Shown in pieces: positions 52,455 to 62,926 of a stretch of DNA of 64,000 nucleotides; positions within the stretch are counted from its first letter, which is position 1; each line of letters begins with the position of its first letter. Where the stretch lies: the NCBI GenBank assembly GCA_963750165.1, contig CAVVPN010000003.1:32001-96000 (forward strand). The letters are read 5' to 3'. The notes beneath the pieces are model-generated. The model ran no database searches. It saw only the letters and a program-made list of their open reading frames with translations, and had not been told where the DNA came from. The position numbers and the translations under genes were made by a program. The DNA is from an uncultured Gemmataceae bacterium (lineage in GTDB: Bacteria; Planctomycetota; Planctomycetia; Gemmatales; Gemmataceae).

Positions 52455-54164
52455 CACGAAGACATGGAGGTCGCGGTGAGCCCCCCGGCCCTGAGCGACA
52501 CTGCCATTCATCTACCCTGGCTCTCCCCCTGCGCCGCGTCGCTGGTCGCGCTGACTGGCCCGCCCACGGCGGCGCGCTGGTCGAAGGTGCGCACCGACCC
52601 CGGCGCGGTGTTGCTCCTGCTCCGCCAGGATGAAACCGCTGCTGCCTCCATCGTCGCCCAGCTGCACGCTCCGACCCTGCTCGACGCGGCTGCTCATCTC
52701 CTCGACTCGTCTGAAGTCGGCTACGTGGACTGGGCGCGACCCGAACTGCTGCCGATTCGCCGCGCCAGCCTGGCCTTCGCCCACCTGGCCGAGCACATCG
52801 CCAATCACCTTCAGCGCTGCTGTCCGGAACGCGCCTGGATGGCTGGACTGCTGGCCCCGCTGGGCTGGCTGGCGGCGTGTGCCGTCGATCCCCCACGAAC
52901 CCTGGCGTGTCTGTGCGAATCGCCACGGTCGATCACGGCGGCCCAGCAGCGGCTGTGGGGCCTGGACCAGACCGCCATCGCCCGCCGCCTCGGCCAGCGC
53001 TGGCTGCTGCCGCGCTGGCTCACCGCGGTGGTCGGCGCACTCGCCTTGCCGGCCGACCTGGCCCGCACCCTCGACGCTGAGCCGGGACTGTTCCAGACGG
53101 TGCAACTCGCCGTGACCCTGGCCCAGCAGCACGGCGCTGCCCTCGGCCTCGCCGTCGGCACCCCCGCGGACGAGTTGTGCCAGTCCCTGGGCGTGGACGC
53201 CGTCGAGCGCGAGGCTCTGCGCCAGGTTGCACAACCATTCTTTCAGGAAGCATTGCCGCCGGAATCCTGGCGGGATCCGCGCGCGCTGGAACTGCTGCCG
53301 CGCTTGCTGCGCACCACTGCGGAGCAGCGCCGCCAGAGTGCCGAAGCCATGCTGGATCGGTTGCAGAGCGAAGCTGATCGGTTGCACGCCGCCCTGCGCG
53401 ACCAGCGCCAGGGTGAGACGCAGCGGTTGCAGGAGCGCAAACTGGCCGCCCTGGGCGAACTGGCCGCGGGCGCGGGCCATGAGATCAACAACCCCCTGGC
53501 GGTGATCTCCGGCCAGGCACAATACCTGCTCAACCACGAGGACGACCCGAACCGCCGTCGCGCTCTGCAAGCCATCGTCGGCCAGGCGCAGCGCATCCAC
53601 CAGACGCTGACCGACCTGATGCAGTTCGCCCGGCCGCCGGCGCCGCGGTTGCAGGCGGTCGAGGTCGGCGAGTTGATGCGCCTGGTGGCCGCGAGCCTGG
53701 AAGGACTCGCCGAGCAGCGGCAGGTGCGGTTGGTGTGTGCGCTGCCGAACACCGTGCTGGCGCTGCAGGCGGACCCGGCCCAGGTGCGGACGGCCCTGAT
53801 GTGCCTGGTGCGCAACGCCGTTGAGGCGGCGCCGCCCGAGGGCTGGGCGGCGGTGCGCGTCGAACTGGTGGACGAGCAGACACTGGAGTTGGTCGTCGAG
53901 GACAACGGCCGCGGTCCCAGCATTGTGGACCTGGAGCACTGGTTCGACCCATTTTATTCGGGCCGCAAGGCGGGACGCGGCCGCGGCCTGGGCCTGCCGA
54001 CCGCCTGGCGGTTGGCCCGGCAGCACGGCGGCGACGTGCGCTACGCCGGCACCGCCACCGGGCCGACGCGCTTTGTGCTGCGCTGGCCGCGCGCCGCCTG
54101 GGCCGTGTCCGCCGCGCTGCCCGTGGACGTGGCGGCGACCAACGGCTGCCACGTGCCAGCGTAG
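52449..54164 (+). CDS. Histidine kinase with HDOD-like N-terminal region
   Basis: AGHEINNPL H-box, RNAVEA, DNGRG, FDPFYSG and GRGLGL; no obvious TM segment; start may be 52464. Confidence 0.88.
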   Translation: MTHEDMEVAVSPPALSDTAIHLPWLSPCAASLVALTGPPTAARWSKVRTDPGAVLLLLRQDETAAASIVAQLHAPTLLDAAAHLLDSSEVGYVDWARPELLPIRRASLAFAHLAEHIANHLQRCCPERAWMAGLLAPLGWLAACAVDPPRTLACLCESPRSITAAQQRLWGLDQTAIARRLGQRWLLPRWLTAVVGALALPADLARTLDAEPGLFQTVQLAVTLAQQHGAALGLAVGTPADELCQSLGVDAVEREALRQVAQPFFQEALPPESWRDPRALELLPRLLRTTAEQRRQSAEAMLDRLQSEADRLHAALRDQRQGETQRLQERKLAALGELAAGAGHEINNPLAVISGQAQYLLNHEDDPNRRRALQAIVGQAQRIHQTLTDLMQFARPPAPRLQAVEVGELMRLVAASLEGLAEQRQVRLVCALPNTVLALQADPAQVRTALMCLVRNAVEAAPPEGWAAVRVELVDEQTLELVVEDNGRGPSIVDLEHWFDPFYSGRKAGRGRGLGLPTAWRLARQHGGDVRYAGTATGPTRFVLRWPRAAWAVSAALPVDVAATNGCHVPA

Positions 54165-54279
54165 TGAAAGAGGAATTCACCACACACTTCCGCTTGTTCT
54201 GAAGTTTGCCCTTCGTTATACGCCTCCCACGAAACGGTCCCGCGCCGGGACCGCTCAGGCACAGGGAGGCCAGGCGAAC

Positions 54280-55149
54280 ATGGCGAACACGCAGGCGACC
54301 GCGGAGCGACTGGAGCGCGGTGAGGTGCTGTATTTCGCGCAGTGCCCGTTCCCGATCCCGCAGGGCGATGACCGTCAGTTCCTGTTCGAGCAGACGCTCG
54401 GCGGCCGCATCCACAAGAACATCGCCTACGACCCGGCAACGGGCCAGGCGAGCGGTTACACACGGCACTCGGCGGCGCAGGCGGAGCGGTTGCGCGGCCT
54501 GCTGGCGGAGTTCGCCGGTCACGCCACCAAATGGCTCTGCGAGCAACTGCCGGGCTACGCCGTGCGCTGGGAGCTGGACCGCGTGAGCTACCGCCCGGCG
54601 GAGGAGGCGACGCGCGTGCTGCGGCTCAAGGCCCGCAACGATCTGCTGCACGTCGATGCGTTCCCGAGCCGGCCGACGCACGGCTGGCGCATCCTGCGCC
54701 TGTTCGTGAACCTGAATCTGACCGACCCGCGCGTCTGGGTCACGTCGGACCCGTTCGCCCGGCTGCTGGAGCGCTTCGGCCGCGCAGTGGGACTGCCGTC
54801 GTCACGGCAGCTGGGCCTGGGTAACCGGCTGCGCAATGGACTGCTGCGTTTGTTCCGCCCGAACAAGCGGCCGCGGACAGTTTACGACAGTTTCATGCTG
54901 AAATTCCACGATTTCCTGAAGGCCAACGAGGATTTTCAGGAGCACGGGCCGAAGCGACACTGGAGCTTCGCGCCGGGCTCGGCGTGGCTGGCGATCACGG
55001 ACACGTGCAGCCACGCGGTGCTGCGCGGCCGCTACGCGCTGGAGCACTCGTATTTCCTCGATCCGCAGAGTCTGGCGCTGCCGCACGAGTCGCCAGCGGC
55101 GCTGCTGGAGCGCGCGTGCGGGCTGCCGGTGCTGGGCAAGGCGGCGTGA
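54280..55149 (+). CDS. Kdo hydroxylase family protein (KdoO-like dioxygenase)
   Basis: KNIAYDP, LLHVDAFPSRPTHG.RILRLFVN, YDSFML.FHD.LK and HAVLRG..ALE motifs. Confidence 0.82.
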   Translation: MANTQATAERLERGEVLYFAQCPFPIPQGDDRQFLFEQTLGGRIHKNIAYDPATGQASGYTRHSAAQAERLRGLLAEFAGHATKWLCEQLPGYAVRWELDRVSYRPAEEATRVLRLKARNDLLHVDAFPSRPTHGWRILRLFVNLNLTDPRVWVTSDPFARLLERFGRAVGLPSSRQLGLGNRLRNGLLRLFRPNKRPRTVYDSFMLKFHDFLKANEDFQEHGPKRHWSFAPGSAWLAITDTCSHAVLRGRYALEHSYFLDPQSLALPHESPAALLERACGLPVLGKAA

Positions 55150-55202
55150 GGAAATGGCATGCTTTGGCCCCGAAGAGACGGAACCACGTAGCTCCGCATC
55201 CC

Positions 55203-57971
55203 TCACCCCCGAGCCCGGATCACGTCCGCGGTGACCACCTCCAGCTTGCCCCGTTCCAGGTAGTCGAAGCGCACGGTGTATTTGCCGCCGGCGGCAAAGT
55301 CCAGGGGGAACACCTTGCTGACCTCTTGCAGCTGCTCCTTCCAGACCGTCGCCGAGACGTTCTCCAGCGCCTTCAGCAAGACCACATGCTTGCCGGGCGC
55401 CGTGTGGACGCGCAGGTCCACGCCTTTCCAGTCGTCGCCCTCGCCGACGAAGTCGCCGTCCAGGTAGAGCTTGATCTTGCGCGGCTTCTTGCTCATGCGC
55501 TCCAGCCAGCTGGGGTTGGCGCCGTTGCCGAACAGCCGCACCAGCAGCAATTCGCCGACCGGCCGAACCGTCAGCGGCCGCTCCTCCGGCAGCGGCACCG
55601 GCACCGCGCCGACCGGCCGGATCGGCAGCACTTCGTCGATCAACTCGGCATGCTCCGGCAGCGGCGGCGGCGATTGCACTGGCGGAAACTCCACCGGCTT
55701 GACGGACGGCAGCCCCGCTAGCGGCAGGCGCGGCTCGAGCACCACCGCCGGCAGCGGCGGCACCGAGATCACCGGAATCGGCGCCGCCAACGGGACGGCG
55801 GTCGGCGTCAGTTTCGCCGTCAGCTCGCGCAGCCCCTTGAGCACTTCCTGAAAATCCTGCGGCCGCTTCTCCGGCGTGCGGGCCATGCAGCGACTGAGCA
55901 ACTGGGCCAGCGGTTTGGGCAGGTGATCCCAGTCCTCCAGTGTCGGCTCGGTGGTGCGCAGCAGTGCGAAGCAGGCCGTCTTGGCAAAGCCGTACACGTC
56001 CGCGGCCGGGCCGGCCTGCACGCCAGGCAGTTTGCCCAGCTGCTCCGGCGCCGCGTAGTCGATGGTGCCGGCGATGCTGGTGCTGGCCAGGGTGCGGCCC
56101 TGGCGGTTGCTGCTGGTGCTGGCGCTCGACAGCACGCTCGGCCGCACCGCCAGGCCGAAATCGATGACGCGCACCTGCCAGGCGCTGCCCTCCTTGCGCA
56201 CCAGCAGGTTGGCCGGCTTGATGTCGCGGTGCAGGACGTTGCGCCGGTGCGCCGCCCACAGCGCCTCGGCCACCGGCTTCGCCACCGCCAAAAAGTCCGG
56301 CAGTTTCAGGGGGCCGTGCAGTTCGACCTGCTGATCCAGCGTCAGCCCGGGGAAATAGTCCATGACCAGGTAGGGCCGGGCACGGTGACCGGGGTCGGCG
56401 TACTCGCAGTCGTGGATGCCGATGATGTTCGGGTGCAGCAGACTTTTCAGCAGCCGGGCCTCGCGGAAGAGGCTTTCGACGCCCTGGTTGAGGTCGGCGC
56501 CATGCAGCACCTTGACGACCACATCCGCGGCGAAATTGCGGTCGTGACACAGGAAGACGGCGCCGAAGCCGCCGGCGCCGAGGATGCGTTTCGGTTCGTA
56601 GCGGTGCAGCGGGAACGGCGTGAACTGGGCCGGGTCCAGCGTCGCAGCCTGACGGAGGGCCGTCAGGGCGTCGTCGAAGCGCCGGCGCTCCAGGGCGGCG
56701 CGGAAGCCGTTGTAATGGGCCAGGGCGCGGGCGCGGTCGCTCGGGGCGATGGTCGCGACCTCGGCGAACATTTGCTGGGCGTTCTCGAAGTCGTTGACGG
56801 CGAACTCCAGCTGGCCGAGGCCGTTGAGCAGGGCCGGGAAGCGGCGGCGCTGTTCGGGCGACAGGTTGCGGTAGTGCTTGACCAGCTGCTCCGCCTCCAG
56901 GCGGTCGCGGTCGGTGCGGATGGACATGCTATCGGTGGCCTGCACGGGCCGGTTCTGCAACTGCAACTTTTCGAGCATTTGCAGGACCGGCTTGAAAAAC
57001 TGTTCGTACTGGGCCTGGTGCTTTTGGTCCTGGCCCGCGATCAGCTGCTTCATCTCTTCGCGGAGGTCGAGCACGGCTTCATGGCCGGCCTTCGCCGCGA
57101 CGTAGCCGGCCTGGGCCGCTTCCTTGGCGGCGCGGCCGGTGGCGGCGGCGTCCCGGGCGGCGGTTTGCGCAGCCTCGGCGGCGGTTTTCGCCCCCTGCGC
57201 CGTCGCCAGCGTCTGGGCCGAGTGCTTCAGCAGTTCCTCCAGCCGGTCGTCCTGCTTCGCCAGCACCTGGTTCAGCCCGGCGAAGCCGCGAGCCTGTTTC
57301 TCGTCGAGTTGTTCCACCTGACAAAACACCAGGCCCTGAAACAGGGCGCGATCGGACTCGACCTCCCGGCGGAAGTAGTAGCGCACCGCGGTGACCAGCA
57401 GCGACCGGCCCTGGCTGACTTGCAATTCGAGCAGGCCGCCGAGGTGCGGATAGCCCTTCTGCCGCAGGTAGTTCGCCATGCCGCCGACCGCTTGCAGGTC
57501 GTGCCGCAAGCGCTCGTGCGGGTCGGTCAATTTCGGCCAGGAATTCGCGGCCTCGGCGAGCTTCTGGGCGTCGACCTCGGCGGCGTCCAGTTCACGGGCG
57601 CTGCGAGCCTTGTGCAGGTCCTCCAGGCAGCGCTGGCGGACCTCCGCGGGATGTTGCTTCAATTCTTCCAGCGCATTCGCCTCCAGAAAAGCGCGGATTT
57701 GCTCAGCGATGGCCCTGTCCTCGCCGCGGGCCAGGAGGTTCTTCAGCCGGGTCAACCAGCCGTCCCCGGCGAGGGCGAGTTCAAGCGTTCGCCAGGCACG
57801 CTGGTTGGAACGGTGCAGAGCTTTCGGCAGGTGCTGGGTTTGGTCGGCGAAGTGCCGGTACAGCAGCAGGCCGACGCCGCCCACGGCACCGCCGAGTCCC
57901 GCGAGTTTGTCCGCGTTGTCGCCGCCGATCAGATCGCCCAGCGCCAGTTTGTACATGCATTCGACGATCAT
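55203..57971 (-). CDS. Ser/Thr protein kinase with long helical/TPR N-terminus
   Basis: LGAGGFGAV, VVVKV, HRDIKPAN, DFGLA and GTIDYAAPEQ motifs. Confidence 0.92.
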   Translation of the reverse strand: MIVECMYKLALGDLIGGDNADKLAGLGGAVGGVGLLLYRHFADQTQHLPKALHRSNQRAWRTLELALAGDGWLTRLKNLLARGEDRAIAEQIRAFLEANALEELKQHPAEVRQRCLEDLHKARSARELDAAEVDAQKLAEAANSWPKLTDPHERLRHDLQAVGGMANYLRQKGYPHLGGLLELQVSQGRSLLVTAVRYYFRREVESDRALFQGLVFCQVEQLDEKQARGFAGLNQVLAKQDDRLEELLKHSAQTLATAQGAKTAAEAAQTAARDAAATGRAAKEAAQAGYVAAKAGHEAVLDLREEMKQLIAGQDQKHQAQYEQFFKPVLQMLEKLQLQNRPVQATDSMSIRTDRDRLEAEQLVKHYRNLSPEQRRRFPALLNGLGQLEFAVNDFENAQQMFAEVATIAPSDRARALAHYNGFRAALERRRFDDALTALRQAATLDPAQFTPFPLHRYEPKRILGAGGFGAVFLCHDRNFAADVVVKVLHGADLNQGVESLFREARLLKSLLHPNIIGIHDCEYADPGHRARPYLVMDYFPGLTLDQQVELHGPLKLPDFLAVAKPVAEALWAAHRRNVLHRDIKPANLLVRKEGSAWQVRVIDFGLAVRPSVLSSASTSSNRQGRTLASTSIAGTIDYAAPEQLGKLPGVQAGPAADVYGFAKTACFALLRTTEPTLEDWDHLPKPLAQLLSRCMARTPEKRPQDFQEVLKGLRELTAKLTPTAVPLAAPIPVISVPPLPAVVLEPRLPLAGLPSVKPVEFPPVQSPPPLPEHAELIDEVLPIRPVGAVPVPLPEERPLTVRPVGELLLVRLFGNGANPSWLERMSKKPRKIKLYLDGDFVGEGDDWKGVDLRVHTAPGKHVVLLKALENVSATVWKEQLQEVSKVFPLDFAAGGKYTVRFDYLERGKLEVVTADVIRARG

Positions 57972-57988
57972 GACTGCACCCTCCCAGG

Positions 57989-58060
57989 AGTCATTAGTCA
58001 TTAGTCAACAGGGTTTCTTCTCCTGGCCGCGATCCTGGTTACTAATGACTAATGACTAAT
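57989..58060. repeat. Family C heptamer palindrome
   Basis: agtcattagtcattagt..actaatgactaatgact; the loop starts aacagggtttc, as at 25070. Confidence 0.88.
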
Positions 58061-58069
58061 TTTATTCGC

Positions 58070-59431
58070 TCAGCGCAGCAGATTATTGACGACTTCGCCG
58101 TGACTGACCGGCATGGGCCGGCCGTCGCGGCTGTGGACGACCGCGTGCGGGTCCAGGCCCATCGCAGCGAACAGCGTCGCGGCCAGGCTCTCCGGTGACA
58201 CCGGGCTGTCACCCGGATAGGCCGCCCGCGCATCCGAGGTGCCGTGAACCACCCCCGGCCGTGTCAGACCGCCCGCCAGCACGCCCGAAAAACAGCTCGG
58301 CCAGTGGTCGCGGCCGTCAGCGCCGGCGCCCGCGCCGGTCGATTGACCGATGCGCGGCGTGCGACCGAACTCACCGCCCAGATACACCACCGTGTCATCG
58401 AGCAGGCCGCGCGCGATCAGATCCTCCAGCAGGGCCGTGTACGCCTGGTCGAGCTTCGGCAGCAGCGTGTTCTGCAACGTGCGGAAATTGTTGCTGTGCG
58501 TGTCCCACTGATGATGGCCCGCGGCGGTGCAGTCCGACACCGTCACCAGCCGCACGCCTGCCTCGACCAGCCGCCGCGCCAGCAGACAGCCCTGGCCGAA
58601 CGTCGTCCGGCCGTAGCGCTCCCGCACCCGCGCCGGTTCGCGGCCCAGGTCGAACGCCGATTGACTGCCGCGACTCGTCAACAGCGTCATGGCCCGCTGC
58701 TGAAACTCGCCCATCGCGGTGGCGTCGTGGCCGAGCCGGGCGCTGTCCAGCGCCGCCAGCAGGCCGTTGCGCTGGCGGAGGCGGTCGGTGTCCACGCCGA
58801 GGGCGGGCTCGAACTCTTCGAGGCGGAAGTCGCGAGCGCCGGGATCCTGGCGGATGAGCAGCGGGTCGAAGGCGGTGCCGAGCCAGCCCGCCGCCTGGCC
58901 GCGCAGGTGGGCACCCTGGTCGAACAGCCGCGCCGGCAACCACACGAACGGCGGCACACCGCCCCGCGCCGGCGCCAGCCGCGCCGCCAGCGAACCGAGC
59001 GCCGGCGGGTCGTCGTGCCGCGGCGCCAGCTGGGCGGCGTTGTCGCTGTTGGGGTTGACGCCCGTCAGCATCCAGGCGCCCGCGGGGTTGTGGTTGCGGT
59101 TGGCGTGGTGCAGCGTGCGAAGAATGCTGTAGTGCCGGGCCAGCCGGGCCATGCGCGGCAGATGCTCGCAAATCTGGATGCCGGGCACGGTGGTCGCGAT
59201 GGGGCGGAACGGGCCGCGGTTTTCCAGCGGCGCGGCGGGCTTCATGTCCCAGGTGTCGAGCTGACTGGGGCCGCCGTAAAGGAACAGGATGATGCAGGAT
59301 TTCGGACCGCGCGACCGGGCGGTGGGCTGGGCCTCGGCTCGCAGCAACTGGGGCAGCGTCAACCCGAGTGGCCCCGCGGCGCCGCCCTGGATGAAGCGGC
59401 GACGGGTCAATCCTCGGCGGTCGGCAAACAT
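58070..59431 (-). CDS. DUF1501 family protein
   Basis: TRRRFIQ, LFLYGGPSQLDTWDMKP, CLLARRLVEAGV, WDTH and GEFGRTP motifs. Confidence 0.93.
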   Translation of the reverse strand: MFADRRGLTRRRFIQGGAAGPLGLTLPQLLRAEAQPTARSRGPKSCIILFLYGGPSQLDTWDMKPAAPLENRGPFRPIATTVPGIQICEHLPRMARLARHYSILRTLHHANRNHNPAGAWMLTGVNPNSDNAAQLAPRHDDPPALGSLAARLAPARGGVPPFVWLPARLFDQGAHLRGQAAGWLGTAFDPLLIRQDPGARDFRLEEFEPALGVDTDRLRQRNGLLAALDSARLGHDATAMGEFQQRAMTLLTSRGSQSAFDLGREPARVRERYGRTTFGQGCLLARRLVEAGVRLVTVSDCTAAGHHQWDTHSNNFRTLQNTLLPKLDQAYTALLEDLIARGLLDDTVVYLGGEFGRTPRIGQSTGAGAGADGRDHWPSCFSGVLAGGLTRPGVVHGTSDARAAYPGDSPVSPESLAATLFAAMGLDPHAVVHSRDGRPMPVSHGEVVNNLLR

Positions 59432-59732
59432 ACGGTCGCTCCCTCGCACAATGGTCGGCGTCAAGGTGGGGAGGGTTGGTGAGCCCGCTCCAACACCCTT
59501 CGATTGTTCCCGATGAACGCCGGCTTGGCAAGCCCCAGTAAGAGCTGTCGGAGCGACTGCCACCCGAAGCAGCCACGCAGGAAAAGCGCGGGACGCACTG
59601 CCTCTCACGCGGCGCCTCAATCTCCAGGTGCGGGTGCGCTCGGCGCTGCTTCCGCTGGTCGCTGCCCGACCGCGGGCGCCCGCATATACTATCCTTCCTT
59701 TCAGAAGCCATCGTGGGGGACGTTTGTCACAC

Positions 59733-62025
59733 ATGCGCTGGTCCATCATCAAGCTAATCTGGTTCCGGGAACTGCGCGACCAGTTGCGCGACCGCCGCAC
59801 CCTGTTCATGATCGCCGGCCTGCCGCTCTTGCTCTACCCGGTGCTCGGCTTCGCGGTGTTGCAATTCGCCGTCGGCTTCGTGGATCGGCCCAGCGTCATC
59901 GCCGTCGTCCGCGGCGCCGCCGGGTCCACCGACTTCCCACCGCGCGAAACCGCCACCCTGCAAGCCGCCTTCGCCCTGGCGCCGCTGGCGCCCGCCGGCG
60001 CCGGTGTCCCGCCGGGCTACCTCGCCGGCGCCGTCGCGCTCGACGGCCATCCCGCTCTCTCCTATCCGCTGCTGCTGCGCGATGGCAAACTGGAAACCTT
60101 CGACGATAAGGACGATCCTGGGCCAAAGCTGGTGTTCAAGTTCCTGGACGCCCAGGAGGCCGAGTCCCGACTTCAGAACCGCGAAGTGGACGTGGTGCTC
60201 GTGGCCGACCCTGGCTTCTGGTACGGCCTCGGCCAGGAGGAGAAGCGCTCCAGCCTGCGCGTGCTGACGCGCCGCAATGACGACGCCTCGCGCATCGCGA
60301 TCAACCGTCTGTACGGCGTCGTGGAGCGCTGGAAGCGCGAGTGCAAGGCCGTCCAGTTGCAGCGCCGCCAGCTGCCGCGCTCCTACGACGAGGTCTTCGA
60401 CGTGCGCGACCCCAACACCGCCGAGACGACGGCCACAGCGAAGGCGACATCGCTGTTCGACCTGATGGTCAAGATCTTTCCGTTCATGCTCGTGATGTGG
60501 TCGCTGGCCGGGGCGCTGTACCCGGCCGTGGACGTGTGCGCCGGCGAGAAAGAGCGCGGCACCATGGAAACGCTGCTCATCAGCCCGGCAGCGCGCGAGG
60601 AAATCGTCCTGGGCAAGTTCCTGACGATCTGGGTTTTCAGTGCCGGCACCGCCCTGCTCAACCTGCTCAGCATGGGCGTCACCACCTGGCAGTTCCACAA
60701 CCAGCTGCCGTCCGGGGCGCTGACGCCCGGCGCGGTTTTCTGGTGCGTCCTGCTGGTGCTGCCGCTGTCGGCGTTTTTCAGCGCCATCTGTCTGTCCGTC
60801 GGCGCCTACGCGCAGCTCCAAGGAGGGCCAGTATTATTTGATGCCGCTGTTCCTGGTGACGATGCCGCTCATCTTCCTGACGCTGGCGCCGGGCGTGGAG
60901 CTGAACTCGTTTTACAGCATGGTGCCGGTCACGGGCGTGGCGCTGCTGATGCAACGGCTGATGATGTCCTCGGCGCTGCACGCGGTGCCGTGGTTCTACT
61001 TCATTTCCGTGCTGGCGCCGACCGCGCTGTACAGCTGGCTGGCGCTGCGCTGGGCCATCGAGCAGTTCCAGCGCGAGGAGGTGCTGTTCCGCGAGGCGGA
61101 GCGGCTCGACGTGACCTTGTGGCTACGGCGGCTGTTCCGCGAGAAGGAGGCGGTGCCGACCACCGGTCAGGCGCTGGTGTGCTTCGGCCTGCTGGTGGCG
61201 CTGCGCTGGCTGTCGCTGGGCCTGGGCATGCAACTGCCGCTGTTGGTGCGCAACGGCATCATGCTGGCGGCGTTCGTGGCGGCGCCGCCGCTGTTCATGG
61301 CTCTGCTGCTGACGCGCCGGCCGCGCGAGGGGCTGTTGCTGCGGCTGCCGGCCTGGCCCTACGTCGCCATCACGCTGCTGCTGCTGCCGCTGGCAGAGCT
61401 GTTCAACCACGCTCTGTATCAGTTCCCGAAGTTGCGCGAACTGCTGGCGGAACGGCAGATGCTCGTGGGGCTGGCGTTTGACCCGCACGGGCCCGACGGT
61501 TCGGTGGTCTGGTATCTGTATGTGCTGCTGCTGGCGCTGCTGTCGTCAGTGAGCAAGGAGATCGCCTTCCGCGGCCTGATTCTGAGCGGCTTACGGCGCC
61601 GCTTCCGGCCGTGGCCTGCCATCTTCATCAGCAGCTTTCTGTTCGCGATCTACCACATGAACGTGTTCCTGCTGCTGCCGGCGTTCGCGCTCGGCGTCGC
61701 GCTGGGGGTGCTGGCGGTGCGCAGCCGCAGCATTGTGCCGGGCGTGCTGCTGCACCTGGGCTGCTACGCCGTGCTGCTCGCCCGCCTCGGTGAGCCCGGC
61801 GCCGCCGCGGGGCTGCTGCTGGTGCTGCGCGCTTTGGTGACGCCGCTGTGTGCGCTGCTGGCGCTGGCCCTGCTCGCCTGGGCTGGGCGCCACTACCGAA
61901 CGCACCCGCTGCTGGCGCTGGTGCGCCTCCAGGAAGCGCCCGCCGCCCCGGTCCTGCCCGCGGCGCCGGCGGCGAACGGGGTGCCGCTCGGCCTGGAACC
62001 GGTCTACGACCGCGCCCCGAAATAG
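59733..62025 (+). CDS. NatB-like ABC permease fused to a CPBP (Abi/CAAX) domain; 2-nt frameshift near 60811
   Basis: RELRDQLRDRRT and AGEKERGTMETLL; restored junction AYARSSKEGQYY; C-terminal KEIAFRG..FAIYH..LLH. Confidence 0.88.
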
Positions 62026-62678
62026 AAGGCCACGATGCCGCCCAGGATGGCCTCGCCGACGGGCCAGCTGCCGGAGTTCTCGCGCAGGCTGGGCACGATG
62101 ACCAGGTGGACCAGCAAGGCGATGCCCATGCCGAACGTGGCGATCAGCGCCAGCCACGCTTCCATGTCCTGCCACCACGGCGACGGCTTCGGGCCGATAA
62201 TCAACATGCGCAACAGCACGCCCACGAAGAAGCCGCCCAGCACGTACAGCGGCAGCAGGGGATCGAGCTTGAGCAGTTCGACCGAGGCGTTCACCTGGGT
62301 CGTGATCGCATCGGGGTGCTTGACCAGTTCCCAGGTGACAGTGCCGATCAGGGCGGCGAGGATCGCCAGGCGGATGGAGTTGCGCGGCAGGTGCAGCGGC
62401 GGCGCCTCGCCCGGCCGCAGATGGCCGTGGGTGCCGCGGGCCGCGAAGTAGTGGCCGAGGATCAGGAACAGCAGGTAGAACAGGTACGGCGGAATGGGGA
62501 TCGGCTTTTCCGGCGTGGACATGAGCATGAGGCAGCACACCAGGCCGACGACCATCAGGGTGAGCAGCGCCCGGATGGAGCCGGCCGGCCAGTTGAAGGC
62601 GTGCCGCGCCTGCGGGGCCACCATCGGGACCATCACCATGGTGGCCGCCTGCGGCGGCGGATCGGTGGGCATTGTCAT
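62004..62678 (-). CDS. Hypothetical membrane protein
   Basis: About 6 TM segments, repeated P.(G/N)SIR motif, C-terminal FYFGARS. Confidence 0.8.
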   Translation of the reverse strand: MTMPTDPPPQAATMVMVPMVAPQARHAFNWPAGSIRALLTLMVVGLVCCLMLMSTPEKPIPIPPYLFYLLFLILGHYFAARGTHGHLRPGEAPPLHLPRNSIRLAILAALIGTVTWELVKHPDAITTQVNASVELLKLDPLLPLYVLGGFFVGVLLRMLIIGPKPSPWWQDMEAWLALIATFGMGIALLVHLVIVPSLRENSGSWPVGEAILGGIVAFYFGARS

Positions 62679-62705
62679 CGGATCGACCTCCTTACAAACG
62701 TCCCC

Positions 62706-62808
62706 GGCGAGCGGCGCGGCGTCAGGTGAGCGGCGCGGCGTCAGCCCGCCGTGCAATCTCCAGCACGGCGGGCTGACGCCGCGCCGCTCACCTGACGCCG
62801 CGCCGGGG
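62706..62808. repeat. Family E REP-like palindrome, copy 3, with partial duplication of both arms
   Basis: ggcgagcggcgcggcgtca-ggtgagcggcgcggcgtcagcccgccgtgc, then its inverted copy. Confidence 0.9.
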
Positions 62809-62926
62809 TGACATCACCCGGACGGGACTCCGTTATGATATTGAATCCGTCACCAAGCTCCTCTGGAGGCGCGGCGGCTGTCTTGCTAGAGTGACCGCTG
62901 CCCCCGCACGTTCGAGGACGAAGCAC

